A stretch of 64,000 nucleotides of DNA from Faecousia sp. (GTDB taxonomy: Bacteria; Bacillota; Clostridia; Oscillospirales; Oscillospiraceae), in NCBI GenBank assembly GCA_045638225.1, contig JAZUAW010000056.1, forward strand, positions 8,480-72,479, given 5' to 3'. The notes under the pieces were generated by a model. The model was not told the origin of the DNA. It was given only the letters and a program-made list of their open reading frames with translations, and did no database searches. Below, piece after piece: positions 9,107-18,151 of this stretch. Each line of letters starts with the position of its first letter. Position 1 is the first letter of the stretch. The position numbers and the translations under genes were made by a program.

Positions 9107-10336
9107 TTGGAACGGAAAGAGAAACGCACTGGAATTAAGCATTATGAGCGTATGCGACGCTATTTAGGTGGCATCTATCTTTACGGCTTTCTTAAGCGTA
9201 AAGATTTCGCTTCTAAGAATGACGGCTCTGCCAAAAACTACTCCTTTATGATACACCTGATTCAGGCGCTTTTATCCATTGGGCAAGATGGGGAGCAAAA
9301 ACGCGACAGCCACAGCATCCGCAGAAAATACCACCTAAGTGGGAATAGCCGACTGACGGACTCCTATATGTACCATGCACTAGACCCACAGTCGAATATG
9401 GTAGAGTTTCTGCATATCCTGGCAACTCTGAATTCCGCAGATAAAAGCATGCCGCAACTGAGCATGTGGGTAGAAAGTCATGCTTACAGTAGCCCGTCCA
9501 AGGGAACCATCCGTGATCGGGTGAAAACACTGACTGATTACGGATGCATAGAAAACAAGGCCGACAAAAGTTATACCTTGGCAGAGGATGGCCTGCGGCT
9601 GCTGACAGACGCCCAGCTGCTTCAACTGTATCATTATGTCTGTTTTGTTTCCGGCATCACCTATCCCCGGGTGGCTGGCAGTTTTCTTAGGCGAACGCTG
9701 GAACGGTATCTCTATGCAAAGAATCTGGCGGTACCCCAGCAATCACCAATGCTACTGCGGCACAGTTCTAACCATGTGATATTCGACGAAGAATTGCTGT
9801 ATTTGCTTCAGACATATATGAAAGAACGGATGTGGGTATCATTTGACGGCAGAAAGCGGTTGCCGGTGCAGGTGCGTGTGGATGCCCAGCTGGGGCGATG
9901 GTATGTGTTGTGCGTTGATGAAAACATCCGCCCTTGCATCGAAAAGCTTGCCAATGTGGAAACGCTAGAAGGACAAGAAGTTGCAAGTGATCTACAGTGG
10001 ACCCGGGCGGCTAAAACCATCGAAAAAGCCTATGCCCATGTCCTGTTTTCCAGCAAAACCCGAAAGCCGGTTCTGGTGGAGGCAAAGTTGGGCTTTGCCA
10101 ATGCACCGGGGCTTTACCGACAATTTCTTCGAGAGATTCGCGTGGGCAAAGTGGTGCAACGGCCGGATGGAAAATACTACGAGGTATGGACCGCCGATCC
10201 TTTGGAATTGAAGCCGTTCTTGCGAACCTATGCACCTTATTTACGGATTCTGCCCGGAGACCATGACCTGACCCAATTGCTGCGCAGCGATCTTTCCCGG
10301 ATGCTGGATGCGCTGGATAAGGAGGAAAGTGTATGA
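9107..10336 (+). CDS. WYL-domain protein 1 (wHTH-WYL-WCX-like)
   Basis: TIRDRVKTLTDYG HTH-like; RLPVQVRVDAQLGRWYVL WYL-like; DPLELKPFLRTYAPYLRIL WCX-like; TTG start. Confidence 0.7.
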   Translation: MERKEKRTGIKHYERMRRYLGGIYLYGFLKRKDFASKNDGSAKNYSFMIHLIQALLSIGQDGEQKRDSHSIRRKYHLSGNSRLTDSYMYHALDPQSNMVEFLHILATLNSADKSMPQLSMWVESHAYSSPSKGTIRDRVKTLTDYGCIENKADKSYTLAEDGLRLLTDAQLLQLYHYVCFVSGITYPRVAGSFLRRTLERYLYAKNLAVPQQSPMLLRHSSNHVIFDEELLYLLQTYMKERMWVSFDGRKRLPVQVRVDAQLGRWYVLCVDENIRPCIEKLANVETLEGQEVASDLQWTRAAKTIEKAYAHVLFSSKTRKPVLVEAKLGFANAPGLYRQFLREIRVGKVVQRPDGKYYEVWTADPLELKPFLRTYAPYLRILPGDHDLTQLLRSDLSRMLDALDKEESV

Positions 10337-11325
10337 TCTTGCTACATCCTTTGCAAAGTCGGCAATTCCAGTTTTCTTTGGCACTGCTGGAAATACTTGG
10401 AACCGGACGCAGTTTGGATCGAGCTGGTGTAACACAGCTTGGTGCCGGCTTCCATGTGGACAGTATCATGCTAGATGAGCTCATGGAATCACTCTGTAAA
10501 AATGATTTTCTGGAATTAGTTCCGGATCCCAAACGTTGGGAGTGCTGTCGGGCAGCCACGCCTGCCATGCGGCCCCGTATGCCTGCAGGAACGCTGGAGC
10601 GGGAGTACTTGCAGTACATACTGCGCCTTCCGGAGGCGGAATTGTTTCTGGAGGAGGATGTCCGACAAATGCTGATGGCACAATCACCGGACTGGTACAG
10701 CGGTATCCGCCGCTTTTCCCCCCGGGGGGAATGCCGAACAGATGCTGTTTTAGGAGAGAACTTCCGTACAATTCTGACTGCGATCCACCAAGGTAAAACC
10801 ATCATCTACCGCTACCGCACCAAGGGTTCTAACCGGTACCAACAGGCAGAATGTGTGCCATGGAAACTGGAATACAGCGCCTATGACCGCAGGTGGTGGA
10901 TCATTCTCTACGACCCAGAAGAGGAAAGAACCATTAAGTCTGTGTTGAGCAATCTGCGGGATGTGCAGCTGGGCACCAGACACCTGATCTCCCAGGAACA
11001 GATTTTGGCGGCTATGGATAAGTTGAAGATGCCGGAGCCGGTGGTAATCCGGGTGGAAAATGTACACAACGGACTGGAGCGGTGTTTTTTGCAGTTTGAG
11101 ACCCAGGAATTTCAACAGACACGGTCTTTGGGCAACAACCAATACGAGCTTTCCTTTACATACTATAAATTTGATACAGAAGAGACCCTGCGGAAGCTAC
11201 TGTGCCTGGGGCCGGCAGTAACGCTGGTGGGTCCTCGATCTTTGAAGGAAGCCCTTCGCCAGCGGCTGCTGTTGGCGCTAGAATTAACAGGAAAGAGGGA
11301 AAAAGATGCGCAGACTATACTTTGA
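10333..11325 (+). CDS. WYL-domain protein 2
   Basis: AIHQGKTIIYRY...PWKLEYSAYDRRWWII; C-terminal LLCLGPAVTLVGPRSLKE; ATGA overlap with the previous gene. Confidence 0.8.
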   Translation: MILLHPLQSRQFQFSLALLEILGTGRSLDRAGVTQLGAGFHVDSIMLDELMESLCKNDFLELVPDPKRWECCRAATPAMRPRMPAGTLEREYLQYILRLPEAELFLEEDVRQMLMAQSPDWYSGIRRFSPRGECRTDAVLGENFRTILTAIHQGKTIIYRYRTKGSNRYQQAECVPWKLEYSAYDRRWWIILYDPEEERTIKSVLSNLRDVQLGTRHLISQEQILAAMDKLKMPEPVVIRVENVHNGLERCFLQFETQEFQQTRSLGNNQYELSFTYYKFDTEETLRKLLCLGPAVTLVGPRSLKEALRQRLLLALELTGKREKDAQTIL

Positions 11326-14068
11326 GAATGTGTCACTGGAAGATGAGCAGATAATTAGCTGCCACAATGCGCTGGTGGAGCTGGCGCAGATCGACCTTGT
11401 GAGAATATTTTCTTTGGCAGCCAAGGAGGCACACGCAAATGCGCCAACCGCCATTACTGCACAGGAATTTTGGGAAAACCTGTTTATCATCAACGGAACC
11501 GGAAACAAGCCGCTTCTGGAAGAGGGAAGACGCTACAGCAGCCGGGTTCTGCCCGCAGACCCTTACCTGGAACTGGATCTGCCGTGTTGGCTCAAATATC
11601 TGTACCGCGGGCGCCAACGCAAAGATGCGCAGAACAACTGGATCGATGACACCGATGCAGTATTGCAGTTTTTCCGGATCAACTACGATCATGCAAACCA
11701 CCAGTATCTCTCGGATAACTATGGTAGACAGCTGAATCAGATGATCAACATCCGTAACCAGCGCATTGGACACCAGAGCCCTGCCGAATTGCAGCGGCTG
11801 AATATGGAAGCGTTAACAAAGCATAGGGACACCATGCTGGAACTGCTGGAGCCCATGTGCAGGAGTAATTGGTCCGGACAGCAGGCGAGTCAGGCCCTTG
11901 TTGACAAGATTCTGGATGTTTTTTATGCCAGACTGGGTGAAGTGCGCTATAGTATTGCGCATCTTTTACGCTATATTAATATCCCGAGCGGAGAAAGTGC
12001 CCGGGTAGAGAAACTCATGATCGCCGCCGACCTGCAGGTTGACGACGGCAAGGTTACCTTGTCCATGAATCCCACAGAGTTTGCGGATGATCTGCTGAAG
12101 GTCATGAAAAGGGCCGGCATTTCTGATGAGGCTCGTGCGGCTCAGTTGAGGAGTCGCCTGCCGGGAAACGAAGCAGAGGTCGCCAGTTTGTTTATCCAGA
12201 AAGATTCCGACAACAGCATGGAGAAACAGTCCATGAAAGCACTGGAGGAGCTGGTAGCTGCCGGTAATCATGATGCGGAATTTGAGATGGCCTGGCGCTG
12301 GTACACCAAAAAGGACGGCGATGTAAAGGAAAACCGGACAGAGGCGGTTAAGTGGTTTGAAAAAGCTGCTCATGCAGACCACGCACATGCCCAGAGAGTA
12401 ATGGGGATAATGCTTAGAGGCGGATGGTACATAAAGCAGGATTTGGATGCTGCCCTTTACTGGCTGCGTGCGGCCGCAGAAAATCGGGATGACCGGGCCC
12501 ACTATCTTCTGGGTGAGTGCTATGAATGTGGGATCGGTGTTGAAAAAAATGCAGAAAAAGCATTCTCGTGGTACGAAAAGGGCGCAACCCTAAAAGACAC
12601 CAAATGTCAGCTTGCAAGAGCCCGCTGCATGATGCAAGGAATTGGCACGGTACGGGATGTGGATACAGCCGTGTTTGAGTATCAAAAATTGGAGCGCAAG
12701 CAGATTCCAGAAGCGAGCTGGTATCTGGGCACCTACTACAAGCCTGACGATCCTGAGAAAGCGTTGCGCTATTTCCAAAAGGCGGCAGACTTGAATTACT
12801 CCAAAGCGCAGTATGATCTTGCTCTGTACTATGAAGAAGGGGCGTACTTGGAAGAGGACCCGCATCTGGTGGAAGAACTGGTAAATAAAGCAGCCATAGG
12901 CGGCGATCCCCGGGCTCAGTATCGACTTGGCTGCGCTTTCAAAAACGGCACCAATGGAAAACCCAAGGATGATAAACAAGCGTTTGCGTGGTTTTTGAAG
13001 GCAGCCAAACAGGGGCATGTTGACAGCAGCTATGAAGTGGCCTGCTGCTATAAGGATGGCAAAGGCGTTGAGAGGGATCAATGGAAGGCTGACAAATATC
13101 TTCGCCTGCCTGCAAAAAAGGGAAAACCCGAGGCGATGGGTGATCTGGGTATCAGTTATCTGGGAACAAACAATCATCTTTTGGTGGATGATGCCCTTAG
13201 GTATCTGGAACAAGCAGCCGAGCAGGGCTATGCTCCGGCAGCGCTGCGGTTGGGTGAACACTTCGATAGCTACGACTATTTCCAGAAAGATAAACTGCTT
13301 TTCTGGTATGAGAAAGCCGGAAAATTGGGCGACCCGCAGGGATATTACTGTTTGGCAAAGTACTACGAAAGACAAGCCTGGTATTTGGGTAGCGAAGATG
13401 AGGATGTGGTGGATGAAGCCGAAATACAGAAAGCACTTCCATGGTTCTGGAAAGCCGCCAACCAAGGACACGTAGATGCAATGCGGGAATTGGCGAACTA
13501 TCTCCTCAGCGGCAAATACACGATAGCTGTACCTCATTATCACGATATGAAGGCTTTGGGCATAATCCTGCTGAAAAAAGCCATGAGCAAGGGATCGGCC
13601 TGGGCGGCAGAGGCTTTGGGCCGCTTTTGGGAGAAGGAGGGGGATACAAAGGAGGCCATCTCGTGCTACCGTTTCGCAGGCAAAACGCTTTTATCGGCAC
13701 AATATCTGCTGGCAGAGCTTCTGCACAAAGAAGGAAGCGGACGGGAAGCATTGGAGTATTACCGCTACGTGGCTGAGTATGGGCATAAAGAAGCCCAGTT
13801 CATGATGTACAGAGTTTATATGCAGGGCGTCTGGGGTGTGAAAAAAGACCCTCACGAAGCCATGAAATGGCTTCGCAAGGCGGCAGAAGCAAAGTATTTG
13901 AAAGCACTTCACCAGATGGGGCTTTGCTATGAACTGGGCATTTGTGTGCCAGTGGATATTCACACTGCAATGGAATGGTATGAAGAACTTCTGGAATATG
14001 ACTATTATGAGGAGTACGAACATTACGATGCGGTGCGGAACAGATTGAACGAACTGAAAAACAAATGA
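11306..14068 (+). CDS. Putative Swt1-like HEPN domain fused to a long Sel1-like repeat array
   Basis: LDLPCWLKYL...MINIRNQRIGH (R-x5-H); roughly a dozen or more SLR units (A..WF.KAA..G...AQY.LG). Confidence 0.75.
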   Translation: MRRLYFENVSLEDEQIISCHNALVELAQIDLVRIFSLAAKEAHANAPTAITAQEFWENLFIINGTGNKPLLEEGRRYSSRVLPADPYLELDLPCWLKYLYRGRQRKDAQNNWIDDTDAVLQFFRINYDHANHQYLSDNYGRQLNQMINIRNQRIGHQSPAELQRLNMEALTKHRDTMLELLEPMCRSNWSGQQASQALVDKILDVFYARLGEVRYSIAHLLRYINIPSGESARVEKLMIAADLQVDDGKVTLSMNPTEFADDLLKVMKRAGISDEARAAQLRSRLPGNEAEVASLFIQKDSDNSMEKQSMKALEELVAAGNHDAEFEMAWRWYTKKDGDVKENRTEAVKWFEKAAHADHAHAQRVMGIMLRGGWYIKQDLDAALYWLRAAAENRDDRAHYLLGECYECGIGVEKNAEKAFSWYEKGATLKDTKCQLARARCMMQGIGTVRDVDTAVFEYQKLERKQIPEASWYLGTYYKPDDPEKALRYFQKAADLNYSKAQYDLALYYEEGAYLEEDPHLVEELVNKAAIGGDPRAQYRLGCAFKNGTNGKPKDDKQAFAWFLKAAKQGHVDSSYEVACCYKDGKGVERDQWKADKYLRLPAKKGKPEAMGDLGISYLGTNNHLLVDDALRYLEQAAEQGYAPAALRLGEHFDSYDYFQKDKLLFWYEKAGKLGDPQGYYCLAKYYERQAWYLGSEDEDVVDEAEIQKALPWFWKAANQGHVDAMRELANYLLSGKYTIAVPHYHDMKALGIILLKKAMSKGSAWAAEALGRFWEKEGDTKEAISCYRFAGKTLLSAQYLLAELLHKEGSGREALEYYRYVAEYGHKEAQFMMYRVYMQGVWGVKKDPHEAMKWLRKAAEAKYLKALHQMGLCYELGICVPVDIHTAMEWYEELLEYDYYEEYEHYDAVRNRLNELKNK

Positions 14069-14078
14069 AAAAGGTTTT

Positions 14079-14106
14079 GCCACCGGCTTTTGCCGGTGGC
14101 TTTTTT
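14079..14106 (+). terminator. Rho-independent terminator
   Basis: GCCACCGGC-tttt-GCCGGTGGC then T6. Confidence 0.8.
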
Positions 14107-14117
14107 CTGTTCTGGGA

Positions 14118-14166
14118 GATGTGCTACCGCTTTTTGTACCACAAAGCCCTTTGCGCGGGATATACT
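14118..14166 (+). promoter_or_regulatory. Conserved box GATGTGCTACCGCTTTTTGTACCA + N19 + TATACT
   Basis: 22/24 identical to 15472-15495, with the same spacing to a -10-like hexamer. Confidence 0.65.
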
Positions 14167-14195
14167 ATGGCTACAAAAACACAGGAGGTGCCGAT

Positions 14196-14993
14196 ATGGG
14201 AGAATATACCCTTGAGAAATATTTAAGCCAAGATACCGGGTCTGCGGAGGTGCAGTGCGCCATCGGTCGGTGCTACGCCAAGGGCGATGGCTGCCTGGCA
14301 GACTATACGGCTGCAGTGCAGTGGTTTGAGAAAGCTGCCCTGCAAGGAGATAGCCGCGCCGGATTCTACCTGGGACAGTGCTACTTTTTTGGTGCGGGAG
14401 TTCAGCAGGATTATGACCAAGCCCACCAGTGGTTTCAGGTAGCCAGTAAAGACTGGTTTATGGCCAATCGATATTTACGGCAGCACTACTTGAACGGGAA
14501 TATATCGCTGAAGCCGGATTTCTCTAACTTTCAAGGCCTGCCGGAAGCAGCCCAGCGTGGTAGCGCATCGGCATACACCGCCATGGGGAATTGCTTTTTC
14601 TTGGGGAAAGTTGGCTACCGGGATTTTCGGACGGCTGTTCAATGGTACCAAAAGGCTGCCCTACAGGATGACCCGGAAGCCCAGTTCTGTCTGGGTTATG
14701 CCTATGTCACCGGTGCCGGAGTGACGCAAAATCGCGAACAGGCATTCGCGTGGTTTGAAAAGTCTGGACGGCAGGGGTTTATGCCGGCGATACATAACCT
14801 GGCAGTGTGCTGCAAACACGGTTGCGGTACAAACTACGATCCCCAGCAAGCCAAGCAATATCTGGATCAGCTGCAAGGTATAGGCACCTGCAGCGCAACC
14901 ACTACCCGATTGTATGCGCCGGAAGGACTCTGGCGAGATCGCTACATGGATAGTCTGACGACAATCCTGCGGGAGGAAAAAGGTTCGGATTAA
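14196..14993 (+). CDS. Sel1-like repeat protein
   Basis: AVQWFEKAALQGD, AQFCLGYAYVTGAGV; GGAGG RBS before the ATG at 14196. Confidence 0.85.
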   Translation: MGEYTLEKYLSQDTGSAEVQCAIGRCYAKGDGCLADYTAAVQWFEKAALQGDSRAGFYLGQCYFFGAGVQQDYDQAHQWFQVASKDWFMANRYLRQHYLNGNISLKPDFSNFQGLPEAAQRGSASAYTAMGNCFFLGKVGYRDFRTAVQWYQKAALQDDPEAQFCLGYAYVTGAGVTQNREQAFAWFEKSGRQGFMPAIHNLAVCCKHGCGTNYDPQQAKQYLDQLQGIGTCSATTTRLYAPEGLWRDRYMDSLTTILREEKGSD

Positions 14994-15025
14994 CAATTCA
15001 CACCCATGAAAAGGAGGAAATAAGG

Positions 15026-15466
15026 ATGAACAATCATAATCAATACGACGAAGCCTGCTACTGGACCATTCACGGGATCCTGGCAGATGCACAAAATGGC
15101 GACCCCGATGCTCAGTGCGCTGTGGGAGAGAGACATTGGTTCGGCGACCTGATTGATCAGGACCGATCTCGGGCTGTGCAGTGGTATCAACTGGCGGCGG
15201 AAAGGGGGCATACCTATGCACAGTGCTGCTTGGGGTATGCTTATGCCACCGGGGAGGGTGTCCGCAAGGATCCGGCACAAGCTGTTCGCTGGTATACTAT
15301 GGCTGCGGAGCACGGTGACCTGTGCAGCCTTCGCGGTCTGGCTGCCTGCTACGCACAAGGCTTTGGCGTGGAACGCAATCTGAAAATGGCCTTTGAAATT
15401 ATGTGCAAAGCCCTTACGCTGACGGCCGGTGCTACCCTGGATAGCGGTGGTTTTGACCGTCCGTGA
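15026..15466 (+). CDS. Short Sel1-like repeat protein
   Basis: AVQWYQLAAERGHTYAQCCLGYAYATGEGV; AGGAGG RBS. Confidence 0.85.
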   Translation: MNNHNQYDEACYWTIHGILADAQNGDPDAQCAVGERHWFGDLIDQDRSRAVQWYQLAAERGHTYAQCCLGYAYATGEGVRKDPAQAVRWYTMAAEHGDLCSLRGLAACYAQGFGVERNLKMAFEIMCKALTLTAGATLDSGGFDRP

Positions 15467-15471
15467 ACACG

Positions 15472-15520
15472 GATGTGCTACCGTTTTTTGAACCAATTTG
15501 GCACATGTTTGTGCTACCAT
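15472..15520 (+). promoter_or_regulatory. Conserved box GATGTGCTACCGTTTTTTGAACCA + N19 + TACCAT
   Basis: Second copy of the 14118 box. Confidence 0.65.
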
Positions 15521-15560
15521 ACAGCTATCGAGCAATGCGAAACCAGAAAGGAGAACTGCT

Positions 15561-16226
15561 ATGAAGAATATGACAATCATGAAGTTTGCGATCATCGTAA
15601 TGACCCTGAGCTGTCTGCTTACGGGCTGTCGAACACCATCTATACATACCCAGGCTTCGGATGCACACGTTTGCGCAACAATCGCGACACAAAGGGAGGA
15701 TTCTGTTCCGCCATCCACAAAGCCAGCACCCACCAAACCTGCGCAGACAGAACCGTCCGCTACTGTGCCTACGGAGACAGAACAGGCATCCACCGAACCT
15801 GCGCAAACCGAGCCGCCCACCACGGGAGATCTGGATGCCTATGCGCCGGATGCCTACGCACTTTCTATTTTGGCGGAGGTGAATCGGGCGCGGGCAGAGC
15901 ATGGTCTTCAGGAACTGGTGCTGGATGCTACCATCTGCCGTCTTGCCTATGTGCGGGCGCGGGAGTCGGCCGTGCAGTGGAGCCATACCCGACCCAACGG
16001 ACAGCCCAGTCACAGCGTGTATCCGGAGCATGGGGTTCCCTGGCCCAACTGCGTGGGGGAGAACCTTGCCAACTATGCCCTGCAGGATGCCGCGCGTATT
16101 GTGAATGCTTGGATGGGTTCCGATGGACACCGCAAGAACATTCTGTATCCGGATTATACCGGAGCGGGCATAGCCGTATATTTTGATGGCGAAAAATACT
16201 ATATTGCCAACCTGTTTTTCGGTTGA
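15561..16226 (+). CDS. CAP/SCP-domain lipoprotein
   Basis: Lipobox LLTGC, P/T linker, VNRARAEHGL, SHTRPNG, GENLA, WMGSDGHRKNIL. Confidence 0.85.
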   Translation: MKNMTIMKFAIIVMTLSCLLTGCRTPSIHTQASDAHVCATIATQREDSVPPSTKPAPTKPAQTEPSATVPTETEQASTEPAQTEPPTTGDLDAYAPDAYALSILAEVNRARAEHGLQELVLDATICRLAYVRARESAVQWSHTRPNGQPSHSVYPEHGVPWPNCVGENLANYALQDAARIVNAWMGSDGHRKNILYPDYTGAGIAVYFDGEKYYIANLFFG

Positions 16227-16244
16227 CGTAAGGAGGTGCTAACT

Positions 16245-16841
16245 ATGCAAGTACAGGTTAAATCCGCAGGGGGGATCAGCTTGATCCCCATGGAGACCAG
16301 ACATTTATCCAAGCGGCGTATCTTTATCCAGGGTGAGATCACCATGGAAAAGGCCTGCGATTTCGCAGATAAGGTTCTGCTGCTCAACGATGAATCCGAA
16401 ACCCAGTGCATCGACGTATTTATTACCAGTCCCGGAGGAGAGATCCAGGCAGGAATGCTGATGTACGATGTGATTCAGTCTTCCGAGGCCCCGATTCGGA
16501 TGTTTTGCCGAGGAGCTGCCTACAGCATGGCGGCTGTGCTGTTTGCCTGTGGCCGCCATGGCCGCTATATGCTGCCCAATAGCGAGTTGATGCTCCACGA
16601 GCCCCTCTTGGGCAATGCGGTGCGAGGTAATGCGTCCTCCATCCGCATCATGTCTGAAGAGTTGCTGGAGGTCAGCGGCAGATTGAACCAGCTGCTTTCT
16701 CAGCATACCGGCCGATCTCTGTCGGAAATCGAGGAAGCTTGCAGCTATGATCACTTCTTCACTGCCCCCCAGAGCGTAGACTTCGGTCTGGCTGATGGAG
16801 TGGTAGGATATATGCAAATGAAAGGAGACAGACCTCTATGA
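16245..16841 (+). CDS. clpP: ClpP-family peptidase (accessory copy)
   Basis: ITSPGG, AYSMAA (Ser), LMLHEP (His), YDHFF (Asp), DFGLADGV. Confidence 0.85.
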   Translation: MQVQVKSAGGISLIPMETRHLSKRRIFIQGEITMEKACDFADKVLLLNDESETQCIDVFITSPGGEIQAGMLMYDVIQSSEAPIRMFCRGAAYSMAAVLFACGRHGRYMLPNSELMLHEPLLGNAVRGNASSIRIMSEELLEVSGRLNQLLSQHTGRSLSEIEEACSYDHFFTAPQSVDFGLADGVVGYMQMKGDRPL

Positions 16842-18106
16842 ATTTCGACACCACAATCCTTGCCCGCGGCTGCCGATACAGCACCGACTGTTCCACCACA
16901 GGACTGAATAACAACCAGATTGTGGTGGGAGGCAGTGGCAGCGGTAAGACCATGTCCATCACAGAACCGTGCCTGCTGAACACCCAGCACAGGAATCTGA
17001 TCGTGACTGTTACCAAGCCGCGGATTGTCAGCAAGTACACGCCCTTGCTCACCAGCCGGGGCTATCGGGTGGAGACGGTAAATTTTGCCCAGCCAGAGAA
17101 AAGTGCACTGGCTTTTGACCCCATGTGCTTCATTCGCAGCGACCGGGATATCACCTTCCTGGCGCAGAGCATCGTGCGGGCAAATCCTCGTAAGAAGGAG
17201 GAAAACAAAGCAGACCCCTACTGGGACGATGCCGCTACCAGCCTTATGAGTGCCCTCATTGCCGGTGCTATGCTCCGCAATCCCGGTGCCGGCTTTGCGG
17301 AAGTACTTACCATGTTCCGGGCTATGGAAGTGAATTACGGAGAGACCATCAGCACCAACTACGACCAGTTCTTCAACGGAGTGCACCTCAGCAGTAGAGG
17401 TAAGTTTGCGGTAACCAACTGGAAGTCTTTCTGCAATCTGCCCGCCAGGACTGCCGCCTGTGTCGTCAGCAGTCTCGGCGTGACCATAGGGCATCTGTTT
17501 GGTGCGGAGCTGACGCAGATGATGCGCAACCCTCGCAAGGTGGATTTCCGGGCGATGGCACAGGAGAAAACGGTGCTGTTTGTGGTCTCATCTCCGGTGA
17601 ACCCCGGATTGAATTCCTTTGTCAGTCTGTTTTACGCAACAGCTATGAAGGAATTGTTCGAGTTCGCCGAGGAACTTCCGGATGGGATACTCCCTATCCC
17701 TACCCACTTGGTCTGTGATGACTTTGCCACCGGGGCACCCATCCCCCAGTTCGACCAGTACATCTCCATCATTCGGGAGAAAGCGCTCTCCGTAACGCTG
17801 CTGTGCCAGTCAGAATCGCAGCTGGAGAGTTTGTATGGCAAGGCAGGCGCCACCACGGTCATCAACAACTGCGACAGCTACATCTACACCGGGTCCATGG
17901 ATCTGAACACGGCCAAGAATGTGAGTCTGCGACTGAACATTCCGGTGGACGAGGTGCTTGCCATGGGGCTGGGCACGTTTGCGGTGTTTCGCCGGGGTGA
18001 GTTGCCGAAGGTTACCCAGCGGTATCCAATCCTGGAAGATCCGCTGTACCAACAGGTGACGCGGGAGTATGAACATTACCGACAGGGGCAGGAACCTTGT
18101 CGGTAG
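16838..18106 (+). CDS. VirD4/TraG-like (T4CP) ATPase without N-terminal TM helices
   Basis: GGSGSGKT, DPYWDDAA, LVCDDFA, IRE..LSVTLLCQSESQLESLYG, IINNCD-type motif. Confidence 0.8.
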   Translation: MNFDTTILARGCRYSTDCSTTGLNNNQIVVGGSGSGKTMSITEPCLLNTQHRNLIVTVTKPRIVSKYTPLLTSRGYRVETVNFAQPEKSALAFDPMCFIRSDRDITFLAQSIVRANPRKKEENKADPYWDDAATSLMSALIAGAMLRNPGAGFAEVLTMFRAMEVNYGETISTNYDQFFNGVHLSSRGKFAVTNWKSFCNLPARTAACVVSSLGVTIGHLFGAELTQMMRNPRKVDFRAMAQEKTVLFVVSSPVNPGLNSFVSLFYATAMKELFEFAEELPDGILPIPTHLVCDDFATGAPIPQFDQYISIIREKALSVTLLCQSESQLESLYGKAGATTVINNCDSYIYTGSMDLNTAKNVSLRLNIPVDEVLAMGLGTFAVFRRGELPKVTQRYPILEDPLYQQVTREYEHYRQGQEPCR

Positions 18107-18151
18107 ATGACGCTGCTGTTCATCATCAAACAACAGAAAAGGAGGTTCTCC

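Noticed and set aside
9107-11325. CRISPR-associated WYL genes
   Set aside because: No cas genes or array seen.
13663-13674. Partial match GTGCTACCGTTT to the island box (another at ~15429)
   Set aside because: Inside coding sequence; lacks the second half-site and the positioned -10.
16838-18106. Intact ICE or conjugation module
   Set aside because: No relaxase, VirB4/VirB6 or integrase in the window.
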